Below are positions 25,119 through 37,031 of a stretch of DNA of 64,000 bases, in pieces. The DNA comes from Tubiluchus corallicola. Taxonomy: Eukaryota; Animalia; Priapulida. The stretch is taken from NCBI GenBank assembly GCA_030141605.1, contig JAQGDQ010000042.1:496001-560000 (forward strand). The letters run 5' to 3'. The translations under genes and the position numbers were made by a program. Each line of letters opens with the position of its first letter. Position 1 is the first letter of the stretch. The notes beneath the pieces are model-generated. The model made no database searches and was not told where the DNA came from. It saw only the letters and a program-made list of their open reading frames with translations.

Positions 25119-26372
25119 TTTCAAAACCTTTTTTGGTTAATTCTTTATTGATGAATGTATGCTGAAAATCAAGAAGAAGGTTAAGCTGGCCAGCACAACG
25201 GGTTTGCAAGTGCACTTGTATAGAAAATTGAATTTGTTTAAGACAGAAACGTTTTGCGCATGTATGGAATATTAACCAATATAAAAATAATTTGGTCACC
25301 TGTAGATGACTGCTTGTGTGCAGTGAAAACATGACTATAATAAAATTCGCTGATAAGGCGGGATCTGTATCAAACTAATGTCGTTCTTACTGCACGAACG
25401 TTTAAAAACGCACTCATGCTACCAATAATTCAGTCGACGTCAAAAATATTATAGTTCCTAATTCCACCAACAATACCTTATACAAGGGCTCGTATTTCTA
25501 TTTTCTATCCACTTTTACATTTATCCCAGTTACAGCACAAAAATCAAAGGTGCACAATAAAAAATCGAAAGTGCACTGCAAAAGTTCATATTTATATACA
25601 TAGCACAGGTATTAATCATAAATAATTAATCGAAGCAACGATAACTTACGCAATAAAACTGTGATTTAACGTTAAAAATGACAGGTTCAAACACTGAGTA
25701 GGAACTTAGTTTACATACCACGATTGCAATCAAAACCTCAAAATCGAAAGCCACAGAAACCACGAAAGATCAGCATCGAAAAAACAACAGACACGTTCTA
25801 GCCACCAGCCTGGAAGTGCTGACGTGTACTTACTGTACTAATGGCCAAGTTAATGCAACAGCTTGGCAACGCAATAGGTGAATGACTTTTCTGCTAAATA
25901 ATTAGCCATTAGCGTACCGGAACTAGTATTTCTACCAGAAATCTCGGACTTTTTAGCGAAACCAGCCAGTGAAGCAGGGGACGGCTGCAAGTGCCATCCA
26001 GGGCTGCCAATAATTGTATGAATGATGCTGATTAATCGCATTGGAGACTAAAAATTATCGTACTTTCCCCAAATCCGGGATTATACATGTTTGCAAGCAA
26101 ATTATTACTGTTGCAGAATTTTGCACTTGTTAATTAATTGTAACACCAAAAACTGGCACTAACAAGTGTTAAACTAAATTTATCAAAACAAAATAAATGC
26201 TGCTCATTTCTGCATGTGCAGAATCAAGCCTTATCATTGTCATCATGAACACTCTTTTTTAAAAATACTGCCTTTTTTCAGAAAACTGTAACCATTAACT
26301 GTGATCCCAGGATGATTCGGTCTAGAATGAAGTTTAATCAGAATTTTCCAGTGGGCAATGCGCATATTCATG

Positions 26373-26763
26373 TAGGGGTGAGCATTCCCTGCCTGAAAGC
26401 GAATTCGAATCGAATTTCTGACATTCAAACCGAATTTCGGTATTATGAATCCGAATCGAGTTCGAATACAGTTGTCAATATTTTTGAATAAAGGAAAATA
26501 ATTTTCGAATATCATATTAATTAAGAAATGGTTTCACAAAGACCATGCATATTACACGAATTTATTCTGCAGTAATTTAAAACATTAATAATAAAATTAA
26601 TATTTGTTTAAATATTGTGTGCAGAAGTCACAGCTAAATTGTGTCGATTGCTTGCTGTTTTAAACGTTTTAATAATAAAGAATGCATGTATTTGAAGTGC
26701 TGAACTAAAAAACTCATTCGAATCGAATTCGAACTCAAATCGAATGTTCGATGCTCACCCATA
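26373..26763. mobile_element. hAT-type MITE with TTCGAA sub-terminal repeats
   Basis: Ends TAGGGGTGAGCAT / ATGCTCACCCATA, with clustered GAATTCGAATCGAA motifs at both ends. No TSD recognised. Confidence 0.7.
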
Positions 26764-26782
26764 ACAAACAATAGCGTAGCAG

Positions 26783-27317
26783 ATGTACAGTTCAAACCTC
26801 ACAAAAGTTTTTGAGAAAAGGAAGATTTCTTTGGAAACAAAAATTAGAATATTCTCAGCCTTAGTTGAAACTGTATTTCTGTATAACTCTGAGCTCTCGA
26901 CAATAAAAGCAAAGCATAAAGCTGAAATTGATGCGTTTCAAAGGCAAAATTACAGAAACGTTTCGGGTACTAGATGTCCAAACATAATTTCAAACAAAGA
27001 TCTCTATGAAAAAATAAAAGAAGAACCTTGGACAAGAAAAATAAAAAGACGCCGTCTAAGATGGATTGGGCATATGCTTAGACTACCTGATGATATTTCA
27101 GTGAAGATAGCTCTTGAGCAAGCCATAGAACCAGCGAAAAAACCTGCAGGAGGACAAATGTTAACATATTTAGATTTTGCACAGAAAGATTTAAACACTT
27201 CAGCATTGATCCTTAGAAATAAATGCCCTTGGGGCACTGCGCGAGCAGGGAGTCCTGGCATAGGGAGGTGAGCAGAATCATGTCCCTGGACGTATGAGTC
27301 ATTGGATGATGATGATG
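26783..27317 (+). mobile_element. 5'-truncated RTE-like LINE (RT C-terminal fragment)
   Basis: ORF motifs TKIRIFSALVETVFLYNSE, IDAFQR, ISNKDLY and IKRRRLRWIGHMLRLP, followed by a (GAT)n tail. Confidence 0.85.
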
Positions 27318-27588
27318 TAAAGTTCAAAAGAGTACCCATGTTGTAGTTGAATGTTGTGCAGTAGCGAGAAAGTGAGTTATTTCGTTTTATTGTTCATATT
27401 TTTCAATTATTACTATTTACATTTGTATTTTAATAGACGTAAGTAGTAAAAGACCAAAATGATATTTCTAGGCGAAGATAAAGTGCTCTTAGATTGCGAT
27501 TCTATGCTGATCAAGTATGAGTCACAGATAGTTTGATGTCGTACTGTCGGCGAATAGATGTTAAGCGAGTACACACACAGAAACAGTC

Positions 27589-30312
27589 CGGTGGCGGCTC
27601 ATGCATAAGCACTGCGGAACTGCAGCACCCCTTATTTCACTAGATATTATCGATAACATTTAATTACTATTTTTTACTTCTTTCTTCATACTTGTTCATT
27701 AAGGCTTAAGCTTAATGTCTGTAGCCATCCCCTACTACTAGTACTAGTTTATAAAAAATTACAAAAATCCTTGTATGGAATTGTGCCCTTCACAGATCCA
27801 GTGATGTGAGAGATAAGAAGCTGCACACTAAGTAGAGAGAGAACGCTGTCGCTCCTGTAGTACTTGGCCCTGTTGTGCAAGTGTAAGGTAGTGTCTCTGT
27901 TTGACTCAGTGTGTGTTGTGCATCATGTTCTTGAATGTGATAAAGAGTAGAATTACATGATTATCATGCTTCCAGCTATTCTGTTTAATTCATAGTTTTT
28001 TCACTTATTTTATTTACAGAAAATTTAAATAATTTAACCATGGCATCCTTGCATCTCCAAGAAATAAGTCCTGTGACTGTAAGTGAACTTCAACAACTTA
28101 AGTTTTCACAGTTGCCTCTCCATGAGAAAGTTACAGTTAAAAAAAGAGGCCGTTCAACACCTGATATTCGAATATCTCAACCAGGAATAAGCAACAACAA
28201 GAAGTATATTCGTAGCTTTAATTCTGGGTGGTACCAACGGAAAACTTGGCTTTGTGGCTGTAAAGTAACAAATGCGTTGTATTGCTTCCCATGTTTGATG
28301 TTTGGAGGTGATGTGACATGGACAAAAGACGGTTTTAGATGTCTAAACAAAATAAAAGAAAAAACTGAAAGACATGAGAAGTCACAGAAGCACATTAATA
28401 ATGTGGTTTCTTTGTCACTTTTAGGAAACGTAAATATTAATGAGAAACTTAGTGACACATACAGACTTTCAATCATTGAGCATAACATGAAGGTTAAAAA
28501 GAATCGTGAAATTTTATCCAAAATAATAGACTGTATTTTCTTTTGTGGAAACTTTGAATTTGAAACTACCTTATGCGGACATGATGGAAAAGACGATTCA
28601 GTAAATCCAGGAGTATTTAGAGGACTAATAAATTTTGCATCTAAATTAGATCCAGATTTGAAGAGTCATTTAGAGACCAGTACGGTCTTCAAAGATGTTT
28701 CTAACACCATTCAGAATGAGATACTTGACTGCCTGCTACAAATATACTATGAGGAGATAAGGACGGAAATTAGAGAAGCTTCCTTTGTAGCTGTCATGGC
28801 TGATGACACAACAGATGTGTCGGAACACACTCAAATGATCATTGTTCTACGGTACGTGTTGCACGGAGAAATAATTGAGCGGTTTTTGGGATTCTTTATT
28901 CCAGAAAATCAAACTATAGATGGCATATCAAAATGTATTCTAGAACAATTAGACATAATCCTTCAAGGAAATGGACAAAAACTGATAGCTCAGACATTTG
29001 ATGGTGCAAATGTCATGAAAGGCAAAAAAGCAGGAGTTCAAGCAAAAATAAAAGCAGTTTATAGTAATGCACATTTCATTCACTGTTATGCACATCAACT
29101 CAATTTAATAATGAGAAATGCAGCAAGTATTACACGGAATGCTAGAATATTTTTCTCTAACATTTTGGCTATTCCAATATTCTTCTCAAAATCACCGCAA
29201 CGTGTATCCATCCTCAAGAAACATATGGATGCTAGAATTCCATGTCCATCTTCTACAAGACGGAACTTTGACATACAGACCGTAAAGGGAGTTAATGAAA
29301 ATTTGCAACCTTTAAAAAGCTGCCTTACTGAAATTCAGTCAACAACAAATGCAGATGATACCATTGCAGAAGCAACAGGAATTTTAAACTACTTGAATGA
29401 TGATAATTTCATGTTTTGGTTGGAGCTTTTTCATCAGATTATGCCTCATGTTGAAGTAATTTACAACCAAATGCAATCTCGAAAAATCAATGTGTTTAAA
29501 GTCTATGAATATGTAACAGATTTCGAAACTGCTATTTTAGAAATAAGAAACTCAAAGTACTGTGAGAATCCTTCAAAGACAATCATGGCAGAAGCTAAGG
29601 AAGTGTGTGACTGTATATGTGTTGATATAATGCACAGATATTCTTTCACTAAACACTTAGTAGCTGCTAAATTGTTCAACAAGAAAAGCTTCACTAGTTT
29701 TAAGAATGAATTGCCTAAAGAAGAGATAGCGCTGACCACTGAAGCATTTCCCATGATTGACAAAGAAAAGCTTGAAACTGAACTAAAAGTATTCTATTGT
29801 AGATCTGATATGCATGAATATTGCAACTTAATTGAGCTGCTGAAATTTATCTTAGAAAATAATCTATATGATGTTCTTAGTGAAATTATGAAACTGATAA
29901 AAATCCTTTTGACAATGCCCATGACGACATCAGATCCAAAACGCTGTTTCTCAACACTGAAACGAATAAAAACTTTTCTAAGGAGCACTAAGAATCCTGA
30001 AAGACTAAACGCACTTGCAGTGACTTCAATGGAGAAAAACTTTCTGAACGGTCATCCAGAGATCAAGGAGAAAATTATTAATGTTTTTGCACAAAGTAGA
30101 ACAAGAATGGATTTTGTTTTTAAATGAATGGATCAAGCTTGAACTGTAACAATTTAGGCTGTTAGTAAGTAAAACATATTTTTTGTTTAGGATTTTATCA
30201 AGTTTTTGTATATATTTTCTCTTTATATGTTTGTTTTGTTTTACACAATATTAAAACAATGGTTAAAAATTTTCTGAAGACCCACAGTAATTTTAGCTAC
30301 GAGCCGCCACTG
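27589..30312 (+). mobile_element. Full-length hAT (Tip100/ZMYM1-like) element
   Basis: Imperfect TIRs CGGTGGCGGCTC (27589) / GAGCCGCCACTG (ends 30312). Flanking 8-mers AAACAGTC and CGTGTTTT do not match. Contains a 695-aa transposase ORF. Confidence 0.85.
28040..30127 (+). CDS. hAT transposase-derived protein (TTF-type zinc finger, DUF4371-like region, RNase H fold, hAT dimerisation domain); predicted catalytically inactive
   Basis: Uninterrupted 695-aa ORF with YCFPCLMF..HEKSQKH, ADDTTD, FDGANVM, HCYAHQLNL and RCFSTLKRIKTFLRST. The expected TRW reads TRR and the expected ERxFS reads KRCFS. Splice acceptor at 28019 and ACCATGG start context. Confidence 0.9.
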   Translation: MASLHLQEISPVTVSELQQLKFSQLPLHEKVTVKKRGRSTPDIRISQPGISNNKKYIRSFNSGWYQRKTWLCGCKVTNALYCFPCLMFGGDVTWTKDGFRCLNKIKEKTERHEKSQKHINNVVSLSLLGNVNINEKLSDTYRLSIIEHNMKVKKNREILSKIIDCIFFCGNFEFETTLCGHDGKDDSVNPGVFRGLINFASKLDPDLKSHLETSTVFKDVSNTIQNEILDCLLQIYYEEIRTEIREASFVAVMADDTTDVSEHTQMIIVLRYVLHGEIIERFLGFFIPENQTIDGISKCILEQLDIILQGNGQKLIAQTFDGANVMKGKKAGVQAKIKAVYSNAHFIHCYAHQLNLIMRNAASITRNARIFFSNILAIPIFFSKSPQRVSILKKHMDARIPCPSSTRRNFDIQTVKGVNENLQPLKSCLTEIQSTTNADDTIAEATGILNYLNDDNFMFWLELFHQIMPHVEVIYNQMQSRKINVFKVYEYVTDFETAILEIRNSKYCENPSKTIMAEAKEVCDCICVDIMHRYSFTKHLVAAKLFNKKSFTSFKNELPKEEIALTTEAFPMIDKEKLETELKVFYCRSDMHEYCNLIELLKFILENNLYDVLSEIMKLIKILLTMPMTTSDPKRCFSTLKRIKTFLRSTKNPERLNALAVTSMEKNFLNGHPEIKEKIINVFAQSRTRMDFVFK

Positions 30313-30379
30313 CGTGTTTTGAATTTTAAGTCATTATTGCTTTTTACTAGGAAATGTAACTAGTGCTCAAAATAATCTG

Positions 30380-33300
30380 ATGACTTGGACAAGACTGGTA
30401 AACACTGTATGGAAGGCTGGCACAGTTGGTTTATGCATTATGCAGTATGGATGCATTGCACACTGTGCTCTTGAATATGGTGCTGATTTTGTTATTGTAA
30501 GTTATACTTTAGTTATCGTTATAGTAGTCCAGCAGAAAACTTATAAAAGGCATTTAACTCTGGACTCACTTTTCTTAGAAATAATTCAAATTAGAACTGT
30601 GGTTGTAGTTTGGTGAACTCAGAGGCTTTTGTAAATGAAAACATAAATTTCCAAATGGTCATGAAAACAACTTGTATAATCAACAAATAGCAAAGGTTAA
30701 GCAGCAGTGGATTAAGGGCAACATCTTATTAGTGTAAAGGTGGGAGAGAAGCTAAAAAAACGCTTAATCTATTTCTAACCTGAATTTTGTACATGATGTA
30801 TATATGTTTGTTGGGTTGGTTTACTTTTGTTCTTTACACTATATTTACTTTTCTGCAGTGCAATATGTAGGACCTATGTAAATTGTTCTGATATGATGTC
30901 AGTTATTTTGGATTATAATTTTATTTTTGTACATGTACGTGTTCTGTACTGTTGTACTGATGTGAAAATAAATTGCAGATAAAAAATGGACCTTTCTGGT
31001 ATTCAAGACTGATTTTGCACTTCTATTGTGAGCTACCAAATATGGTCCCACTTTTGGAAATATCTGAGCTTGGACTTGTAAATGTTTTCTTGTGTTTTTA
31101 TTTAATCATTTTTGTTTGGTTTTTATTTAGTGTACAGGTCCATCTATGGAACCCACTATCAAGTCACACGACATTGTACTTACGGAACATCTAACCATCC
31201 TGCTTAACAGAACAAAACGGTAAAGTTTTTATTTTTGCTTAGTTAGATGCCAAAAAGCATTTTTTTCTGTCTGAAAGTTGCTACAAATTTGGTATTATAT
31301 TCAAGGGCACAGCCAGCTTCTAAAGTTAGGGGTTCTAAAACACAGGGAAGTACATAATTGGTTATGTTGTATTTCAAATTAGAACACAAAAGTTTTACAC
31401 TAAGCTCTTAAATCTCAATACATAATAAAAATATGTGTGTATTGCTTATTATTATTCATTTTGCATCATTACATACAGATACAGCACATATATTCATATA
31501 CACAAAATATAACAAGGAAAAGTTAGTATAAGCACGTGCAATATAGAAAGAAATTACTATGCATAAAATAGACAATTTTTAAGAATGACAATGTACATAT
31601 CGTACATAAAAATATCATTAGTTTTCATACATCCTTCATAGATAATCTCGTAAACACACATTAAAAGCATTAATAACAGGCTTTTTGACATTCATGTTAT
31701 GAAATCTTAAAGATAAACCATATTTTCTTCTTAAGTGACAATCGTTAGTTAATTGAATATTGTTGATCCTTTTTTCTTCCCCTTCTTCTTTGTGAATTTT
31801 CTTTAAAAAATTTTATTTTCTATAATCAATTAGAAAGTTTGCAGGCATAGTACCGCAATAATTCATTAAAACCTTGACACTCATTACATCTATAATTGAA
31901 AATATTCTTATAGGCTGTGTTTCAGGCAATTTAGGCAACATCTCCTTGCTAGAGTTGACTATATCGAGTTCAACGATGCATAAAATTTGTTTTTATTTAT
32001 AGCAATGTTCGCTTTAAAAATTTTATCTGATTTTATATCAGTTCCTAAGTATTTGACTTTCTCCTTTCAAATCAGTGTTTTGCCACAAAAAATTATTTTA
32101 CCAACACCAAGAACCTGGATTACCTATATATAACAAACCAAGTTTTACTGGGATTAAATGTAATAGACCAATCCTGGCCATACATTTCACAGATTTTCAA
32201 CATTTTTTTAAGATGATTATTTGAACCAGCCGTTAGGGCAATATAACTGGAGTACATGACTGATCCCACAAAAAGTTTTACCAACATGACACCCCAAACC
32301 TAATACGCGCTGTTGCTTTGTTAGATCATCCGAGTAAATTGCATGCAAAACAGGGGACAATGTGCCTCCTTACTTAATGATACGAAATTCAGAACTAAAT
32401 TTGCTGTCACACTATACAACAGCTTTTGCTTTGTTATACCAATTGATCAGTATTCTAATAGAACATTGAGGTACATTCTTTTCCAGCCATTTTAAATACA
32501 ATCCATCTTGCAGTACTTTATCAAAAGCTTTTGATGCATCTAAGAAGGTCATACAGACAGGATTATTTTTCTGGGTGAAAATGACACATACTATTTCTTT
32601 AATACTATAAATGGCGTGTGAACAACTGGCATTGCTTTTATATCCGAAAGGAAGCTGATTACTTCAGAGATACTGTCCAAACTTCATTAAAAACACTGTT
32701 TCATACAATTTTGAGATTACTGGAGACAGAGTTACTGCACGGTAGTTATCAAAATTTGTAAAATCACCTTGATTATTTTTTATTACAGGTGAAATTATGC
32801 CTTTGCCAAAGTCATTAGGTGCATAACCATGAATAAGCATAACGTTAAATAACAATGTCAGATACAATGCTGAAACATACAATGCTGAACAAAAAATTCA
32901 ACCAATGCTTGTTGATTTCTCGAAATTCTGTGCCGTTCTACATTCAAATCTCCAACAATTAAAAATTTTGCAAGTATTATGTACCACCCTTATAACATCT
33001 ATTAATGTTAGCACCTCTTCAAATAGGTACGCATTTTCTTCATTCTAATCGTCATCATTAAGACATGTACACAGTTACCTCTATTACATCCCCTATACTT
33101 TACTGCTAAGCATCGCTAATTATTAGTTTTAACAATTTCTACACACCTTATTCTCGCCAACATGGAACCTTCGATCTTCGATTGCAGTATGTAGCACTCA
33201 TCCAACTCTACGTCATTCTCCATTAGATGTTCTATGATGTCGTATTTAGTTGTGTTTTCACTTAACCTGCTGACAAAGAACTCTACCACCCGTCTTCTTG

Positions 33301-36300
33301 GTGGCCGTTGTTTTCCCATTATGTCAAAGTCGCTTCCAGATTTCCTGCTACCTGTAACAGCTGAAATTTTCTTTCGTTTTAAATTTTAGCCAGTGTCCAT
33401 TTTTCTGAGTATTCGGTAGCTGCTTCTGAGATTTGCTGCTACCTTTATTTCATTGGTTTGACGATGTTTCAGCTGTTATTAAAGTAGACTTGGTTGAATC
33501 CTCAACACTGCCTTGAGGAGCCTCGTTATAGCTAGTGAATCTGGGAAACGCTCCAAGTGAATACTTGGTTGGTGGTCTGCTCTTTCTTGCCCTTTTCAAT
33601 TTTCTTGCTGAAAGTTGAGACTGTTTCTTTCAGTGCCTTTAGTTCATAGCTAAGCACATTTATATCAACTTCTTGCGGTGTTGCTAGTGGGACACATTTA
33701 AGATCACCTGCCACAAATATCACCGCCGGCATGTCTAAGCTTCTGTCTATGTACTCGTAAAGTTTCAAAATATCTTTAACTTCCAGTCTCTGTTTGCTTT
33801 CTTCCTGCCTGTGCATGATTTTTTGTAACCATTTTTCACCTGATCTATTTATCTCCTAAGCACGACTAAGCGTAGTTATATAGAACTGCTTTAGCCATCT
33901 CTAATTCTGAATCTTTGAAAAGTCAAGCATTATGGACTTGTATGGCAGGCTGCCGAACTTGTTTTGCACAAACCGCAAGTATTTGTTTATGCAAACATCC
34001 TCTTTGTTTACCTGGCTGCTATAATAGGAACCCATTATTGGACGCTATTAACGTACTCTGCCCATAGACAATATACTAGTGCCGTGCGTAGACCGGTTTT
34101 TCCCTCCAATCTTCTCTTCTTATAGTCTTTACTGTATCTAGAAATTTAAATTTTCACTAATACCTTCTTTCACAAATTTAATAATTTGAGTAATTAATAA
34201 ATTAATTCTTTTAATTTTAAACTTAAAATGAAAACAAAATAAAGCATTGCGAAAAATGTTCCATGAAGGAACTACAACAATCTCTTTCATCTAGGTTTCA
34301 TCTTAGCAAAGTAATCTATAGTTATATTAAATCCTCCCCAGTAGCTAATTCTCTTTCAATGGAGACCAAAGCGAACCCAGACAACCTATCCTTGTACATT
34401 GTAGACCAAAGATAGGACTTTATCTGTTTCAACCCGCAAAATGATCATTCAGTAATCGCACAAGTGAACTAAATAATTAAAAAAATGCTGAAAAGGCGCC
34501 AATTTCGAAAAAAACGTGCTAGGGGTGTGGTTGCTTCCCTTGCTCCCATTAGTTACGCCGCTGATTATATTAGTGCATAATTATAAATTATCTAGTTCAA
34601 AGCAAGTGTAGGATACTTCCTTTATGTATTATACCATAATAGTTAACAAAATTTAAATAATTTCAGTTATTGTTAAATGGTAAATAAGCAACACGGCTAA
34701 TTAAAACAAATGAAGCCATGTCAGGTGAACAGAGGACAAGCTAATTGAGAAACTTCATATGAGTGCTGCTGTTTTACAGGTGTAGGTCTTCTCAGTCCAA
34801 AACTGGATTTTTGAAGCCATGTTGTAGTCAAACAACTGCCAAACAACTTAAATTCTTGTGAAAGTGGCATCTGCCTAAGTGGTTCAACCTTAAATCACAT
34901 GGGCCACTTGGGGTTTGCACAGTATTATTTATGTCTAGCACTGTACTAACGCAACGTTATAATTGTTGAGATTTGTTTTTTAGTGGTGATGTGGTCATAG
35001 CTAAGTCACCCAGTAATCCTCGGCAGTATGTTTGCAAACGAGTCGTAGCTATGGAAGGGCAAAGAGTTACCAAGAGCTACTTTAATACTGAATTGGTAAG
35101 ATTAAATTCTGTGCTCAGTCACAAATATGTTGAAAATGTCACAAAAGGTATTACTGCTAATTGTTGTGTAAAAATGCAACTCTGGCCTTTATTCAATATG
35201 TTTCATTTGCTGCTGATCTGAGAAACATGACAGCTATTCAACTGGCAGTTAAATGAAACCCGGGTACAAGTACAAATTTCACCAAATAACTCTAACTTAT
35301 CAAGGTTCTAACTATGCCATCTATAAAGGGAATGGTAAATTTAGAATTCAGCTATAGCAAAAATTACATCACAATTACAAAACTGCGGTGCCTAAATACA
35401 TGATGTAATCAACACTGTGTAATTCATTTTGTGATTGTCTCTGCTATTTAGGTACCAAAGGGTCATGTGTGGTTGGAAGGAGATAACAAGCATAACTCCA
35501 CAGACTCCAGAGAATATGGTGCCGTGCCTAGAGGTCTTCTAAGAGGAAGGGTTATATGGAAGGTACATAAAGACAAATAAAATTTTATTTGTTCGCTTAA
35601 CATTATATAGTTTACATGAAGATTTTGATACATAAAACAGTAGCACTGTAAGCACATTGTTCTACCAACAGTATAATAATAAAGAATTATGTAGCAGAAA
35701 CTTCAAAATAATAGAAGTTACTATTTTAAAGGCTGTTTCATTTGTTTGGTTTCTCAGGCAGACACTTTTAAATATATGCAGAGAAGTATATTTAGTAGTC
35801 CCTGTTTCGGGCTGAATCTCAGCCAACTTTTATTATCGTACTTAGTCTCATTGGTTTGTCATGAAGTCCTAACTCTTGGTTTGAAGAACACACTGAGGTG
35901 GATAGACTGACAATGCTAAATGTTGCACAATATTGGAATTTTTGACACCCATGTTTGAAGGAATGAAGTACTTAATGAACTAATAAAAGGAAGCTTAAAT
36001 ATTAACTATGGCCAGCTTGTAGCAAATTATCTAATAGATACGTTTACTAGCTGGCTGCTTTGTTGATTGGCTAGCAGATATTTTCTCTGAGAATTCAAAA
36101 TTGCTGTATTTGGATTTATAGATCTAGTTATCTAGTTTTTTTAACTATTTAAATGTACTAATGTATCTGTGTGCTTGTTTTACTTAATAACTAAAAAATA
36201 AAGTTTCTAATGTCAAAATTGGTGTGAAGTGTTTTCTCAAAGGACATATGTAATATCATAGCTTGTTCTAGCATCTGATGCTTGGGGCATTAAAAATTGT

Positions 36301-37031
36301 TATCATCATCATCATCAGTATGTACCTTATTATTAGTCTTTGGCGGCTTGTATATAGGTACAGCAGCACCCCTATTTCCACTCAATATTATTGATAATAT
36401 TCAATATAAGCCTTTTCCTTTAGTTCTTTCCTTATACTTGCATGGAGCCAGAGCATGTGAGGGTAGTACTGTTTTGCCTCACAGCTCAGCACTGTGGTGT
36501 GTTTGGCTGAGATGAAATGCTCTATGCTGCACTGCTTGCATCAGCTGTTAGGTAGAGAAAGTACTGTTGCTCACACAGTTTGTTGTTAGTTGTCACTTGC
36601 TTAAAAACCGTGTACCGGAATACTCTTGAACTGCGGCAATTTAGGCTATTTGTAAGCAAAAAATTTTTTGGTTTAGGAGTTTACCAAGTTTGTGTATAAA
36701 TTCTCGGATGTTTATTTGTTTAAAATTACAATTACAAATTATAACATTAAAATTACATGTTTGTTTCGTCTTGCGCAGTATAACAATACTAAACAATTGC
36801 TAAATAATTGATATTAAACAATGGCTAAAAATTTTCTAAAGCAGCAACTCCACTTATTTTAATTATTGGCCGCCACTGTTATTACTATCATTGCCTTGTC
36901 ACAGACATCATAATTATAAATGTGTATTATTGAATTGCTGTAAAACATTTTGATTTGCTTATTTTGTGTTTTTGTAGGTCTGGCCACTTGAGGATTTCGG
37001 TGCTATGAAAAGCACCAGCAAAGTTTCTTGA
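30380..37031 (+). CDS. IMMP1L: Mitochondrial inner membrane protease subunit 1 (S26 peptidase; 5 coding exons, about 160 aa)
   Basis: Exons 30380-30496, 31131-31219, 34984-35095, 35452-35562, 36978-37031. QYGCIAHCALEY, CTGPSMEPT (catalytic Ser), GDVVIAKSP, CKRV (catalytic Lys), VPKGHVWLEGDN..NSTDSREYG, VWPLEDFG. An acceptor at 30350 implies an upstream non-coding exon. Confidence 0.96.
31302..34563. mobile_element. hAT-type MITE split by a LINE insertion (IMMP1L intron)
   Basis: Perfect 8-bp TSD ATTATATT (31294-31301, 34564-34571); degenerate TIRs CAAGGGCACAGCC / AGTTACGCCGCTG. Confidence 0.7.
31445..34250 (-). mobile_element. Decayed non-LTR retrotransposon (RTEX/CR1-like) with ORF1 and RT remnants, apparently internally deleted
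   Basis: ORF1 remnants at 33116-34036 (FVQNKFG, FVAGDLKCVP, FFVSRLSENT). RT remnants at 31900-32900 (NYRAVTLSPVISKLYE, FLDASKAFDKV, GGTLSPVL, VKYLG). (TAA)n tail near 31445; many stops and frameshifts. Confidence 0.85.
36338..36878 (+). mobile_element. Non-autonomous derivative of the 27589-30312 hAT family (IMMP1L last intron)
   Basis: 5' end (TGGCGGCT..GCAGCACCCCT.ATTT) and 3' end (AATTTAGGCT..; AACAATGG.TAAAAATTTTCT..GCCGCCACTG) match the ends of the large element. TSD TTATTAGT/TTATTACT (7/8). Confidence 0.85.

Noticed and set aside
28177-29988. Minus-strand ORFs of 114, 86 and 64 aa
   Set aside because: Antisense shadows of the transposase ORF with no recognisable motifs.
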